DNA from: Octopus vulgaris
Taxonomy: Eukaryota
Length of the DNA stretch: 64,000 nt
Reading direction: 5' to 3'
Assembly (NCBI GenBank): GCA_951406725.2
Contig: OX597816.1
Coordinates: forward strand, 174,406,001-174,470,000
This document shows, piece by piece, positions 41,380 through 55,450 of this stretch. How positions within the stretch are numbered: the first letter of the stretch is position 1; each line of letters begins with the position of its first letter. The notes below the pieces were generated by a model. The model made no database searches. It was not told the origin of the DNA and saw only the letters and a list, made by a program, of their open reading frames with translations. Made by a program: the position numbers and the translations under genes.

Positions 41380-42233
41380 TATTTTCTAAAATATCTCGTC
41401 TATTTCACGAGCTAAAAGACTTCACTGAGTTGGTGCTAGGAAGTTAGACATGGCCGAAACCCAAGTTATTTTTGAATTTTATTTATAGCTGTAGAGTTTG
41501 GATTTTACTTCTTTCGAAGTTCAACTTATTTAATAAATATAATTTGATGTTATATGTTGTTTACATCCGTGTCGATTCTAATTAATTAATAATAAACCTG
41601 CCATAAAAGATATTCCAGTCGTGACCATTTTTTTTTTTTTTTTTTGGTCTGGACAGTGTAACTCCGATATTAGTCATTGTTCTTTTTTATTTTCCTTCTT
41701 TTTTCAGATGTTCTGGTTTCAGAGAGAGTTTGCTGCTATTTCTAGCAGATCGTGTGATTATCTTGTAACTCGTTGTTTTTAAACTACGATATTTAATTTC
41801 AATAGCAAACCAAAGAGATAAACATACTTTTACGAAGAATATGGTACACAGGAACCGAAAGACTTAATCTTCGTCAAACCTAGTGTTAATTATAAATTTC
41901 GTACAATGGTAAAAGGACCTGAACCTCTAGAAAGTTTTAGCGAGGTATATCATCTGGTGCGTACTTTTTTTATAAACATCGAAAAGGTAAAAAAAAAAGT
42001 GCAGAACTTAGAAGCGATGCAGCTAAATACTGCTGTCGACTGGACCTGTTAACTTCGCCGCATGGAATAAAACATTTACCATTAAACTTGCATCTAAACA
42101 TTGATGAAAGAAGTTAGTTTTTATTCAATTCACACTGAGAAAGCCGCCCGACTTAAATATTTTAATAGGGTTAGAGTTGCTAGAATGAGATTATTGACAA
42201 CTTGCACTTTTTATTTATATTTATTTATTTTTT

Positions 42234-42640
42234 GCATCAGGAGTGGCTGTATGGTAAGTAGCTTGCTAACCAACCACATGATTCCGGGTTCAGTCCCACT
42301 GCGTGGCATCTTGGGCAAGTATCTTCTGCTATAGCCCCGGGCCGACCAATGCCTTGTGAGTGGATTTGGTAGACGGAAACTGAAAGAAGCCTGTCGTATA
42401 TATGTATATATATATATATGCGTGTGTGTGTCTGTGTTTGTCCCTCTAGCATTGCTTGACAACCGATGCTGGTGTGTTTACGTCCCCGTCACTTAGCGGT
42501 TCAGCAAAAGAGACCGAAAGAATAAGTACTGGGCTTACAAAGAATAAGTCCCGGGGTTGATTTGCTCGACTAAAGGTGGTGTTCCAGCACGGCCGCAGTC
42601 AAATGACTGAAACACGTAAAAGAATAAAGAAAAGAAAGAA
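42234..42640 (+). mobile_element. SINE family A
   Basis: Match to 38365-38778. Confidence 0.92.
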
Positions 42641-43114
42641 TAATCCAGCTGGGAGAAAACGGTTTTTGTACCCTGACTAAAATGGTTGTAAAGAATTAGA
42701 TGCCGTTGGTTGGCATGAGAAACTAAGCGAATCAAATAATCCTAACCCAGTAATCGGTTGTTTTGGTTTTCCGAGGATTCTTTTTCTTTTTTGTCCGCTT
42801 GTTTCTTACATAAGCAATCCGAAACACCTGTCATCGGATGCTGACACGGAAAATAATCATGACAATAACGGCGACGACAAAGTTGATAATGAATGAGAGA
42901 GGAAGATGAAAATTCGGATAGTGATGAGAATGATGATAATGCGATGGTTGTTGGTGTTGTTTAAACCCCCGATTGAGTTTTTGTATGTGATTTCGGTTTT
43001 ATTATGCTTCCATTTTTTTTTTTTTTATATAATACGATGTAATTTGAGGAAAATTTGGCTGTTAGTTTTAGCAAGTGGATCGATCACGTAGAAACTACCT
43101 CGTGATGGTATCCG

Positions 43115-43345
43115 TCGAGCTGGCAGACTCGTTAGCACACCGGGCGAAATGCTTAGCGGTCTTTCGTCTGCCGTTACGTTCTGAGTTCAAATTTCGCCGA
43201 GGTCGACTTTGCCTTTCATCTTTTCGGGGTCGATTAAATAAGTACCAGTTACGCACTCGGGTCGGTGTAATCGACTTAATCCGTTTGTCTGTCCTTGTTT
43301 GTTCCTTCTGTGTTTAGCCCCTTGTGGGTAGTAAAGAAATAGGTA
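43115..43345 (+). mobile_element. SINE family B
   Basis: Match to 32509-32740. Confidence 0.92.
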
Positions 43346-43501
43346 TCTTATATTGGTCTTTAAATGATCGGACTGCCCCATATACATGCCTGCAGTATAT
43401 TTTTATCGAGCTCAGCAGGATTTGGAGTCAGAATGCAGAAGTATGCAACTAAATACTGTTCGGGTCTGGATATTCGACTGGTTTCCGAGGAATCTTACTT
43501 T

Positions 43502-44343
43502 GGCATAGTTTCGGTTGTAGTAGCACAGATTTCCGTCGATTTCCGTAAAAAACTTTTATTTTTTTACATAAGTAATGAGAGCGAAAGAGATTAAGAGGAA
43601 GCGATTTTACGACGAGAAGGTTTCACTTTGAAGTCGGCCTGTGTGTGTTTGATGGAGTGTGGGAGACAGACAGTATGTTGTGTAAGTGAAGTGCTTCTGT
43701 TAGTGTGTGCGAAGAGACAGACATACATATACACATACACCGAGTACATACATACATACATACACACACACACATACATAGATACATACACACACACACA
43801 TACATACACACACACATACTTACACACACACACACACACACACATAGATACATACACACACACATACATGCAGACATACATATACACATACACCGAGTAA
43901 AAAATTACACTGAATCGACCATACATACATACACACATACATACATACACACACACACATACATAGATACATACACACACACACATACATACATACATAC
44001 ATACACACATACATACATACACACATACATAGATACATACACACACACACATACATGCATACATACATATACACATACACCGAGTAAAAAATCAGTTATC
44101 TCTCTCTTTCACACATTACTCTCTCTGTCTCTTCACACACACTAACAGAAGCACTTCACTTACACAACATACTGTCTGTCTCCCACACCCCATCAAACAC
44201 ACACAGGCCGATTTCAAAGTGAAACCTTCTCGTCATAAAATCGCTTCCTCTTAGTCTCTTTCGCTCTCATTACTTACGTAAAAAAATAAAAGTTTTTTAC
44301 GGAAATCGACGGAAATCTGCGCTACGACATGCGAAACTTCGCC
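43502..44343. mobile_element. Merlin-like foldback MITE (842 bp; ~220-bp TIRs around a CA/CATA microsatellite core)
   Basis: GGC...GCC termini. 8-bp TSD cttacttt/cttatttt (1 mismatch) at 43494-43501 and 44344-44351. Confidence 0.85.
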
Positions 44344-45049
44344 CTTATTTTATTTCTTTACCAACTACTTCAAAAGATTTTGCGGACTTAGAAAATGACT
44401 CTCACTCCCTCATAGGAAAGGAAAAGTGCTTTTTCTTTTCTTTTCTTTTTTTAATCTGCTTGTCTTTCGTACAACGGAAATTTTGAAAGAATTTTTATTT
44501 CCTAGAATTCAATTTTTTAATATTTTCCCCCAACCCCTCAATTACAGACTTTTTCTTTTCCTATGGAGTAATAAAAGCTATTCTAAAACTCTGCCAAGCA
44601 TTTATTTAATCTGCTCTAAACTTAAATAAACTTTTTTAGCAAGGGCTGAACAAAAATAATATTCTTAGTTTTTACAAATTCATTGGTACGCAGCTTGTTA
44701 AATTAGTTTTGGTCTTTCAATTATAAGGTTTAATTTTTTGGGAGGTTTTTTTCTTTCTTTTTCAAAAAAAAAACATAAAACTATGCTTTTTTTATACGGA
44801 GGAATACCCTGGTAAATGATATGAGGCTTTGACTAACATTCTCTCTAATTGCCTTTAGGTACAGTACACATTGTTGTCAGTGGAAAACAAACAAAATTTC
44901 TTTAGTGAATCTTGTCAGTTGACAAGATGTAGTTTTTATAAGAATGTGTTTCACTCTTCCCCACAAACACATTTCAACAGTCATTGTTAATACCCCTCCC
45001 GACACCTCTTTCATTCGTCTAGACTCTGAAGCAGCTGTGGACATTTCAC

Positions 45050-45095
45050 AATGGACATCGTTACTATTGGCTCCAATAGTTTAGTAACAGATGTG
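45050..45095. promoter_or_regulatory. Palindromic double CCAAT box (ctattggctccaatag) within a larger inverted repeat
   Basis: acatcgttactattggctccaatagtttagtaacagatgt, ~300 bp upstream of the ATG at 45385. Confidence 0.35.
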
Positions 45096-45384
45096 TTGCT
45101 TGTGATCGCTGCTTTTTTTTTCCTTTTTCTGATTTCTGTTTTATTGTTTTCTTATCTTACTCCTATTTTTAACCCAGTCCGCTTCTCGTTTTTCTCCCAC
45201 TCCTTCACTATTTCTTTTCATTTATTCATCGACTTCTTTTATCCTATGTAGTTGTTTTTCTGCTTAGTTGTATTCAATAAACTCCTCTGTTTTTGCTCTT
45301 CTTTTTTCTTCTTTCGTCTTCCTAGTTTATTGCTGAGCTCAAGAAAAAAAAACGAAGAAAGAAATATTTATCCGGAGTTGAAAA

Positions 45385-47939
45385 ATGAGTAACCCAGAAA
45401 AAATGTAAGAGCAAGTAAATTCGGAAGACTAGAAAAACATGCAAAATAAATGTATTTTGAAAATATAACAAGCATTTCCAGTGAAGGGGTGGTGGCGAAA
45501 TGAGTAATATTTAATGCATTTTTGACTTATAGAAAAAAACTTTTATTACAAAAACTATATCAGCTAAACAAATGACCTAAATGCCTTAAAAACACCATGA
45601 CATATTCAGAATACTATTTCAGAAAATTGTCACCGTTCTCTTTGAGCATATATGAAAGACTAATTTAGCTGGGGCAAAATGAATAAGACATGATAAGATA
45701 AATTTGCCTCTTCAGTTCTCCAGAATTACATTTGGAAAAAGACTCAAATCACATCAATATCCATCCTTAGACATCAGAAAGATCAGAAATGCTACAAAAA
45801 TTTTAAAGTACCTTGGTCAAATGAAAGAGGTCCATGGAAAAATAGCATATGATATGAAATTAACAAAACGTGACTAAATCTGAAAAACTCAGTTTTAGCT
45901 ATAAAACAAATATTGCTAGGTTTGTACCACTCACTTGAGACCCAACTACACTCTAACTGAAAAATATAGATTACCTCAAAAGTAATATAAATATCCTAAA
46001 TTCAGTAGCAGTATTAATGAAGATGTTACCTGTTAATTTAATGTGTTAAACTTATCTTTATTAATATATATCAAATTATTCATAGGTATGTATAAGACTT
46101 ACTCAGATATAAGAGAACTTGTGATCTGCCTGTGGACCTTTCTTTTGAGAAATTTTTGACCACCGTACTAAAAAGTTTCCCCACCCCTGCTCTATAGCTT
46201 CTTCACAGTGTGCTGGAATGTCTCTCTTCACACACCATGCAGTTAAGGAGAAAAAATAGGGGAGATCCAGGTGAGTTGATCCACCCCCTAGAACTAACAC
46301 TTGCATTTCAGTAAGAAAGTTCAAATGCCCTCTGTTAGTAGAGTGTCACATATCTTTCTTTTCGGTTAAGGCAAATAGTTGCATAACAGCTCTATGGACA
46401 TGAGGTGAAGGAAGAGAATTGTTCAAGAAAGTGAATTTCAGAGCTAGAGGTAAGACCCTTTCTATTAATTACATAGGAACAGTTATTTTTGTGGCATTGT
46501 AGGCAACATGTAGCCTATGCATTGTAGATTTATTGAGGAGGTTTTGATCGAATTTGACACAACTGCCTTGAAGTGAGTCAAAGGACATGTCAAAATGGCT
46601 GACCTGGGGAGAGATGAGCCATTAATCACTAGGAGACTAGGTCCATGGTTCAACTCTCCTTTTTTCTAAATTGAGATACTATTTACATTTGGGGGGGGGT
46701 TCAGACAATGCCACAGATCTACAAAAGGAAATCGGATTGTGGGAGTGATGCGCTATTGCTTAATTGAGCAGCAAAAGCAGTCCAAGAGGGGAACAGTGTT
46801 TGGGCTGCCACACAAGCATTTGATGGAGACGGAATGACACTCGAGCAGTTTATGGATAGACAGAAAAGTGATCCTCAAGGAGAAAACGGATATAAGAACT
46901 GTCAACTGAAGAATATGATATTTCTCCCAGAAATGGAAAGCGAGCTAGCAGATCACACAAAAACAACAACAAGCTTCGAAAGATAAATGTCAAAGCTTAG
47001 TGTATGAATATGCTGTGGAGAATGGAATTGATGTTCCTGATAACTGGAAAACAAGCAAAAAAGCAGGGTAAAGTTTACAGTTGAGCTTCAAAAGTCACCA
47101 TAACCTTTCCATTCGCAGCCCATGAGCTACTGTGTTTAATTGTCATACTGTGTGCCAGTTTTACAATAACCTTGCCAAAGTAATGGATCGACACAGATTT
47201 GAAGCACAGGATATATACAATCTTGATGAAACAAGATGCCATACTGTATAAAAGCCTGGAATCATGAAAGTTGGCTCAGTCACATCGGGCGAAAGAGGTG
47301 AATTGGTGACTGTTGTTAACGCTGTCAATGCTGGTGGTGGAGTGCTTCTGCACCTTCACTTTGGCGCGCTGAAATCGGAAATTACTCTGCAGTTAATTAT
47401 TTAATTTTAAATTTAAAAAATGTTCTCTAGCCCGTAAATTGACTGCTGTAGTTTATTAACTGCAGAGTAATTTTCGATCTCAGCACACCAAAGTGAAAGC
47501 ATTCGAAAGATACACATAAATATAATTTGTGGAACTTTATACATGCTAGATTTCGGTCGAATGTTTCTGTATCTAGTTCTGGAAATCGTGTTTTGTAAAC
47601 GACACACTAAGATGAAGATCTTGCAGATGTTTGTGTATCCATATACGTAAATATTAACAAGTGAAACTAATTAGTACATAGGTAATCATTTTTTCATTTC
47701 ATATATTTTCATTTGTCTTGCTTGTTTTTACACTTTGGTTTTTTGCTGAATTTTTTCTTGAGAACACATTCTTCATGGAAAATGGCGATTTTGACGTCTA
47801 TATCTAGCATATAGGCTGTCCATTTGTTTAGTGGCCAATCCTCTAAATTTTGTATGTAAAAAAATTTTTAATCTTCGGATTTTTTAAAAATATGCTAGGC
47901 CACTGGTTTTAATTGATTAATATCAATTTCTACCCTTAT

Positions 47940-47977
<38 letters not shown>

Positions 47978-50900
47978 AGGGTGCACTGGGTAAATTGTTG
48001 CCATTTTATATTTCTAATTTCATGCGTGCACATCATTTGTTTTTGATTTTGTTGACTACACAGTATAGTAGGGTCAGTAGAGCACCATCTGAGAAAAACA
48101 GCACTATGATGCAATTCACTCTACCAGAAATTTGGAAACAACATGTTGTGCTGCTTGGCATTCACACTGGAAGCTCCAATCTGAGGACATATACCAAGAG
48201 TGATAAAAATCAAACATCCTGTCAACATCATGGTGTTTGGAATGATCACTAGGGATAGCAACATCATGCCTCCATTCATCTTCCCACTCAGCCTCAGACT
48301 GAACACGGAAGCCTACATCAAGTGCCTGGAGGAGGTAGTGCTGCCCTGGGTCAAGAGGGTGGCTGCTGGAAAATCCTATGTCTGACAACATGACTCTGTA
48401 CCATGCCACACAAGCAGGGGAACCCAGTCATGGCTGTCAGACCATTTCTGAAACCACATCACCCCTAACATCTGGCCACCTAACTCTCCAGACTGCAACC
48501 CCCTTGATTATTATGTGTGTGGCCATTTAAGAGTACCCTTCAATCACTGGGCAATAAACTGTGCTTGCGAAGACCTGTTGAGGCAAGTGAAGCCGTTATC
48601 ATGGCTGATGACAGTACTGCCTGATTGGCATGTAAAAGCACCATTTGAGTGTGATCGGGCCAGTGCTGCCTGACTGGCTCCAGTGCCAGTGGCATGTAAA
48701 GAGCACAATTCAAGCGTGACTGATGCCAGTGCTGGCTGACTAGTCCCATGCCCGTAAAAGTTGATGCTAGTACTGCCTGACTGGCCATCATGCCGGTGGC
48801 ATGCAAAAAGTACCCACTACACTCTTGGAATGGTCGGAGTTAAGAAGGGCATTCAGCTGTAGAAACTTTGCCAGATCGGATTGGAGCTTGGTGCAACCTT
48901 CTGGCTTGCCAGCCCTCAGTCAAACCATCCAACCCATGCCAGCATGGAAAGCAGGTGTTAAACGACGACGATGATGATGATGATGATGGGGCGCAGTTGA
49001 GTAAGAGACCAACAAAACTCCTTGCAACTGCAATGATGAACTAAAGGCAAAGATTATGGCAGCATTCACCAACTTAAACAAGGAGACTGTCCAGAAGAGT
49101 TGCAGAATATTTCTAAGTCGTCTGGAGGCTGTAGTTGAAGCCAATGGCAATTTTATTGAATAAATTTATTCCTTATTATTTCAAGATATTTTAATGTAAT
49201 TTTGGTAAATATATCTGATAAAATGAGATATCAGTGTTAGTTTCATTTTTGCATAATTTAGACAACAATATATCCACCACACCCTGTATGTATGTGTGTG
49301 TGTCTATATATATATAGGGTGTGGTGAATATATTGTTGTCTAAATTAAGTAAAAATGAAAATAACACTGACATTTCATTTTAACGTATATATACTTACCG
49401 GAGTTACATTAAGTTATCTTGAAATACTAAGGAGTATTTTATTCAATAAAATCGTCATTGGCTTCAACCACAACCTCCAGACGACTTTGGAATTTTCTGC
49501 AACTCTTTTGGACATATATAAGTACAGATAAGCACATTGAGCATGTGTCTTCCGTTATAGCCCAAGACTGACCAAATCCTTGTGAGTAGATTTAGTAGAA
49601 AGAAACTAAAAGAAACCCATCACATATATAATATTATACATGTGTATGTGTGCATGAGTCTATGTAACTCTGCATGTGTGTATGTGTGTGTGTACACATG
49701 TGAACATGTTACTTAGTTAGTTAGTTAATTTTTTGGCTCAAAAAGCGAAAAGCAAGGCCATGTAGGGGGACATGAAGTTATGTACAGGGTGGTGTTCATG
49801 TAAAGAGGTCAAGGGAGACTTTGAACAAAGCGGTCATCGGCATCTTCACCATCTCGTCTGGCAGCTTGTTCCACGGATCCGCAACCCGGACGGAGAAAGC
49901 CCCTCTCCTTCGATTGAGATGAAATCGTCGCAGATAGAGCTTTTCGGAATGACCCTGCAGCCAACGCTCTAGAGCAGGAGTGAAGAACAGCTCTTTCAGG
50001 AGGTTACACTTTCTGCTTATTATCTTGTGAGCAAGAATGAGATCACCACGGCGGATATTTACATACATGTATAAACATATATATGTATATATTATACATA
50101 TATGTGCGTATGTTTTACTGTCTCCTTGCCTTGACATTGCATAATAGTTGTAAGCAAGTGTCACTGTTATTGGCTTCCAATATTGCATGGAAACATATCT
50201 GGGCCTGGTGAAATACTACTTTCCTTGGAACATGTGATGGTTGGTAACAGGGAGGGTATCCAGTTGTACAAAATCTATCTGAATCATGCAAGCATGAAAA
50301 AGTAGATGTTTCATATATTAAGTGGATGATAATATTTTCAACTGAGAAGTTACAAACTGTATTTGATGGTCCAAGTGCTTCAACTCTATATATGTACATA
50401 TTTTTACTTGATCACTGACATTTATCAACAGTTTTTCCCATAGTTTTGAAGTTCTGATGCCCCATTTCTTATCATTAGTAAGACTATCAGCATTTTTTAT
50501 GACACAGGTATGCTAGTTGATTGATAGATAAAATCTGTCTCTCTCTCTTATTACTTAGCCCTTTTGCTACTTTGCTCCAGATCAAGCATAATCAAGAATG
50601 TGGCCAGCAGTGACCTGGACCTAGTTCATGCAAACTGGTTGTTCATCCTCTTCTGTACTATCAGACATCACTTACTCTTCTCTACCTGTCTATCTATCAT
50701 CAACCACTTCTCACCATTTTTCTTTATTATTTTGCCCTCACCCATTCCCTATCTCTAACCATCCCTCACTCTCACCTACACGTTTTCAGACACTAACCAT
50801 CCTCGATCCCTGTTCTTTTATCCCCACTCCTTTTACTTTCAGGATCCACCCTGACACTCCAATACTCTTTTATCTCTCTTTCCAGCTTCACCAGAGTTAC

Positions 50901-53900
50901 TCCCACCATTCTTCTATAATGGGAGTAGCTATGTAATTCCTTTACAGCAAGAAACCTTTTCTGTTCTGACCTCTTTTTCATACTTTAACAACTCATCTCC
51001 AAGCCTAAATTCACCTCCTTCCTCTATTGTACCTTCACTAAGTTGAAGGTGATCTTAGTCTTGCAAGCTGTGTTGCAACGAAATGGGTCACCAGTTGTAA
51101 CGGTTGATATTTATAAGGGTAGAGGTTCATTTGGTATGGTTGAAGTTTAAATTGTAAACAATAATACGATAAACAGTAGTTGATACACAGTAAGATGGAA
51201 TGTAATCTGCTTGTAAAGGATTGGTTCTTCATCAATAGCCATTATGTAAAGATAAAAGAACAGTGATTGAAGTTGTGAAGAAAATATTTATTTAACTGTT
51301 ACCTTAAATAATACCTTGACTCAAAAGGCAGGTGATGAAAATCGTAAAGCATGCGAAGTAAAGATAGATGTAGATTTTCCTTCCATAGTTTGTGTTTGTG
51401 TCCTCTTCATTGTTTAGTAGTAATTACAGATGGAGATAGAATGATGTTGTAAGAGAACAGAATTAGAGCAAGTGAGAATGAGAGAGTGTGGGATGAAACA
51501 ACTGTTTCGTTGGAGAGATACCATAGTTGTTCTAGCCGGTCAGCCAGAATCTGTTCTAACTTACTGAGTCGTCACCAAAGTGACTAACTGGTCGAGTCAT
51601 CACCAAGTGACTAAATGTCTTTTGCTTGCGGGTTCTTGTTTTTATAACTATCCAGAAGGATAGACATATCGTTGAGAACAATGAGCTCTGTTCATGGTAC
51701 TGTGATATCTCTGTTCTAACTTTTGGTGAAGTAGAAGAGGTTATAAGGGTCAAGTGGTGAAAACATTATTTTGGGCCTAGCTAAAGGCATCTGGCATGTG
51801 TATAACTGCTGTCACTGAAAAAAACATTGTTCCACCGTGACAAAAGTTCTGTTGAAGTGTTAATTTAAATCTGGCTGTGGTGGATCGAATCCACTTCATG
51901 CCTGCAAGATTCTCTACAGCTGCTTGATGACCTTACTAGTGTAATTTTTCTGAAAAAAGCACCCAGTACACACTATAAAGTGTTTGACGTTAGGAAGAGC
52001 ATCCAGCAGTAGAAAGTATGTCAAAGTGGACATTGGAGCACAATGCACTCCTTGGATCTTTTAAAACTTGGTCATAACATCCAACCTTTGCTAGCATGGA
52101 ATGTGGTCTCCCATCTATAATACAACCACATTGGACACAGGTCAATTTTTTGATACATTTAGAAATATAAAAGCCAATCTTATACGCCAACAAATATGGC
52201 ATATATAGAGACTTGGAGTCAGCTTGCAAGTGCAGTTAGTCGAAAACCCTGCATACCAAATGCCAGTAGGTTTCAGGGGTCATCAGGAGAGAAAGTGTAC
52301 CATTTCAGGGCCTTCTTTTCAATGGCTTTACAACACACCAGCCACCACACACTGATGTGAGGCCCCACTTGCTGTTTTGACTAATATTCAATCTCAAGTC
52401 CATTTTAGGATCATCATTTCTCCAGTCAGGTTTCATCATTCTTTTTCAGTCATATCCAATGGCTAACCCTCTCGGCTGTTACCTGGATCTTTTTCAAGAT
52501 GGCATTTGCTTGCTGATGTTGGAAACAAATTGATAGCAGCCACTTTCTCAGTCTAGTCTCAATAAAACTCCTACATTCAACTTCTAAAGGAAAGTGTATT
52601 GCACTCCGGCCAACATCTATACAGTCTTCCAGTAGTATCTCATAATGACCATCTTTCCTAACCTGGGATACATCTAAATTGTCTTCATGTGGAACAGCTA
52701 ATTCTACAGGGCATATTATCTTATGTTCCTAACACCATATTGTCATATCTGGCTTCTTCTTTGTTGGTATTGGAAAGAGGCGTTCACACCCAGCATGATC
52801 TGCTGCTACCTCCCATACTCTGTCCTAGTTCTCGTCATTCTTCTGTTTTGGATAACCATCTTGATCTTGATGGAGAAACCTGATAAACCATTTACTTCCA
52901 TCCTTCTGTGGTTTCTTGTCACTATTGATTACTTCCACCTACTTCTTGGTGGCACTGTAGAGAATTTTGAGGACCTAATTTTGCCTCCATATATACCTTT
53001 CCTATGCTAAATGGATTGTAACCAATCCCCTTCCAGTCATTTTCAATTGCTCCCACTATATCTCAATGTTCCACAGATGCTATCATTTCAACAGTTTCAT
53101 TCTCCTCTGTGCACCATTTTTGTGCAATTTTTACATGTGGCAGATTATCTTGTATTTCTATGTCTCTGAATTCTCTCAGCATCATGATAGTTCACACCTT
53201 TCCAGCTTTGTAGATTTTAACAACTGATGTTACAGGTAGATGAAGAGACCCTCCTTTCTGATATAGTGCTAAACTGTTAACTGTTTGAGGTAGACCAAGC
53301 CATCTCCCGATGTAAACACTGCACTTCTGCTCAATGGTCTCCACTCTCAACAGAACTACCTTATATATGAGCAGAGGCCACACAGTATGAGGATATAGGC
53401 CAAATTGCAAGCACCATATCTTGTATTTGCACTGCAGTTTTGACCTGTCTATAGCTTTTAACCCACCCTCAGTTTGTGCCATAATCCCAATGCTTCTACT
53501 ATTCCTGGACAACAAATTAGCGTACTACCATCCTAAGTCTTTTACATGTTTGTCTTTAACGATAAGCATGGTTTCTCCTGCTATTTTGAACTTCACTTGA
53601 TTCTGCTGATCCCTGAGAAAAGTCACACTACATGACTTATTTGCCCGAAATCACAAGTGGTTAGTTCATCCAGTCTATCCAGAACTGTTTTCATAGTCTT
53701 TTGGTCTCTTATAGGCATCATTATGTTATCCATGAATGCCTTCTTGGACTCACTTTCACTAGTTCTTCTAAGCAATCTGCTGATCTAAGTAGCATCTCTA
53801 TAACAGATACACTCCAGATAGCAAATATACTGCAGCCTGCAGCAATAGCAATTTCTAGATAACATCAGTCCATCATGAAATTTTTTGTCATGAACTGCAT

Positions 53901-55408
53901 TTTGATGTTGTTATAGTAGTTTCTCATCAGAACCTAAATCTTCACTGGTATATAAAAAAAGTTTATTGCTTCCATCAACAATTTGTGTGGTACAGAACCA
54001 TAAGCATTAGCCAGATCCAGCCATGCAATGTTCAAATCTCTTTTATTCTTCTTTGCATCTTGTATTGCATCCCAGATTAAAGATGCATGTTCCACAAATC
54101 CAGGAATTCTGGGGTGAAAACTTACAAAGTTGTTACCGTGTAGGTATATAGCTGTTCTTTTAGCCAGTACCTCCATGTAAATCTTGCCACCTACATTCAG
54201 GATCAAAACTGGTCTGAACTGGCCAATCAGTTTTGCTTCAGCTTCTTTTGGTAGGTAAACTCCTTCTGCCTTGCACTAGTCATCAATCAATTCACCTTTA
54301 AGCCACAACTCTCTAAGTAGTAGGTAAAGCTTATAATATAATTGAGTACAATACTTGTACACTTTGTAGGGTACTCTGTCCCCTCCTCATACAATATTCA
54401 CTCTCACCTTCTTCAAGAAGTTGTCTGCTTCTTTCCTACTGATATCATCAAGTTGAAATTTTATTCCTGGTTTCACAGGCTCTATCAGACTATTTATAAG
54501 CAGGAATAATCTTGCTCTGAGTTTCTGCAAGTCATCTGTATATGCCTATCCAGTTCATCTTAAGTGCATTTTAGCCTGCTACTCTTAGCCTCAACAGACC
54601 GTTTCCTAGCAACCTTATAAGAATTCTTAAGGAACTGCTCTATCATTTGCTTAATTTCCTTTCTTCTTTCAAAGTGTCTGAAATTTCTTTGCATGTTACA
54701 AGACTTTTTCTTTAAATCTTCATACAGGACTAACAAACTTTCCTTCATCTCAAGTCTGGTCTGTTTCCACTGCTTCCATAAGTCTTTCTCTCTTTTTAAC
54801 TGTTTCTTCTTTCTTTCTCACCTACTTTTGTTAGTTTCTTCTTACAATCCTCATTACACCAAATAACTCAACACCTATCTCATAGATTGTGATTGCAAGC
54901 TTATTCAATTTGTCTTGTGCTGACCTCTTTGTTTTTGGAGCATCTAACATACCCTCTCTTTAAAAGTTTTGTAATTGGACTTCTCATTTGCAGTTGACAA
55001 TAAAACCTTTGGTTTCTTTATTTCATCGGGTAAAGAGACATCTTGACCTAAAGACTTTGAAGGAGCTTCAGCTGAAGCATTTATCAACCCACTGTGGTTT
55101 GACACCTGAGATGATTTGCTTCATGTTTGACAGTCAAATAACCTTAACTACTTCAATTTCTTTAAAAACGTTTTGCCTCGATGGATCTTCAATTCCACTT
55201 GGGTACCAATGGCTTACAGCATTGCCTGCACTCATAACTACTTCCAGGCTCCTCTGTGTCCCTTTGTACATATCCTGTTTCCAGTCCCTGGTCTGTATCA
55301 TTTTAAATATCCATACTTGATTGATTCTTTATGTATATATGTATTTTTTTTTTTATTTTATTTTATCTAGTTTCAGCTCACGAGCTGTGGCCATGCTGAG
55401 GCACCGCC

Positions 55409-55450
<42 letters not shown>

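Larger units (their letters stand above)
39040..45420. promoter_or_regulatory. CpG-retaining putative divergent promoter region
   Basis: Unique sequence here keeps many CpGs while flanking unique DNA looks depleted (by eye). The plus strand appears A-rich to the left and T-rich to the right. Outward-facing strong splice donors. Confidence 0.55.
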
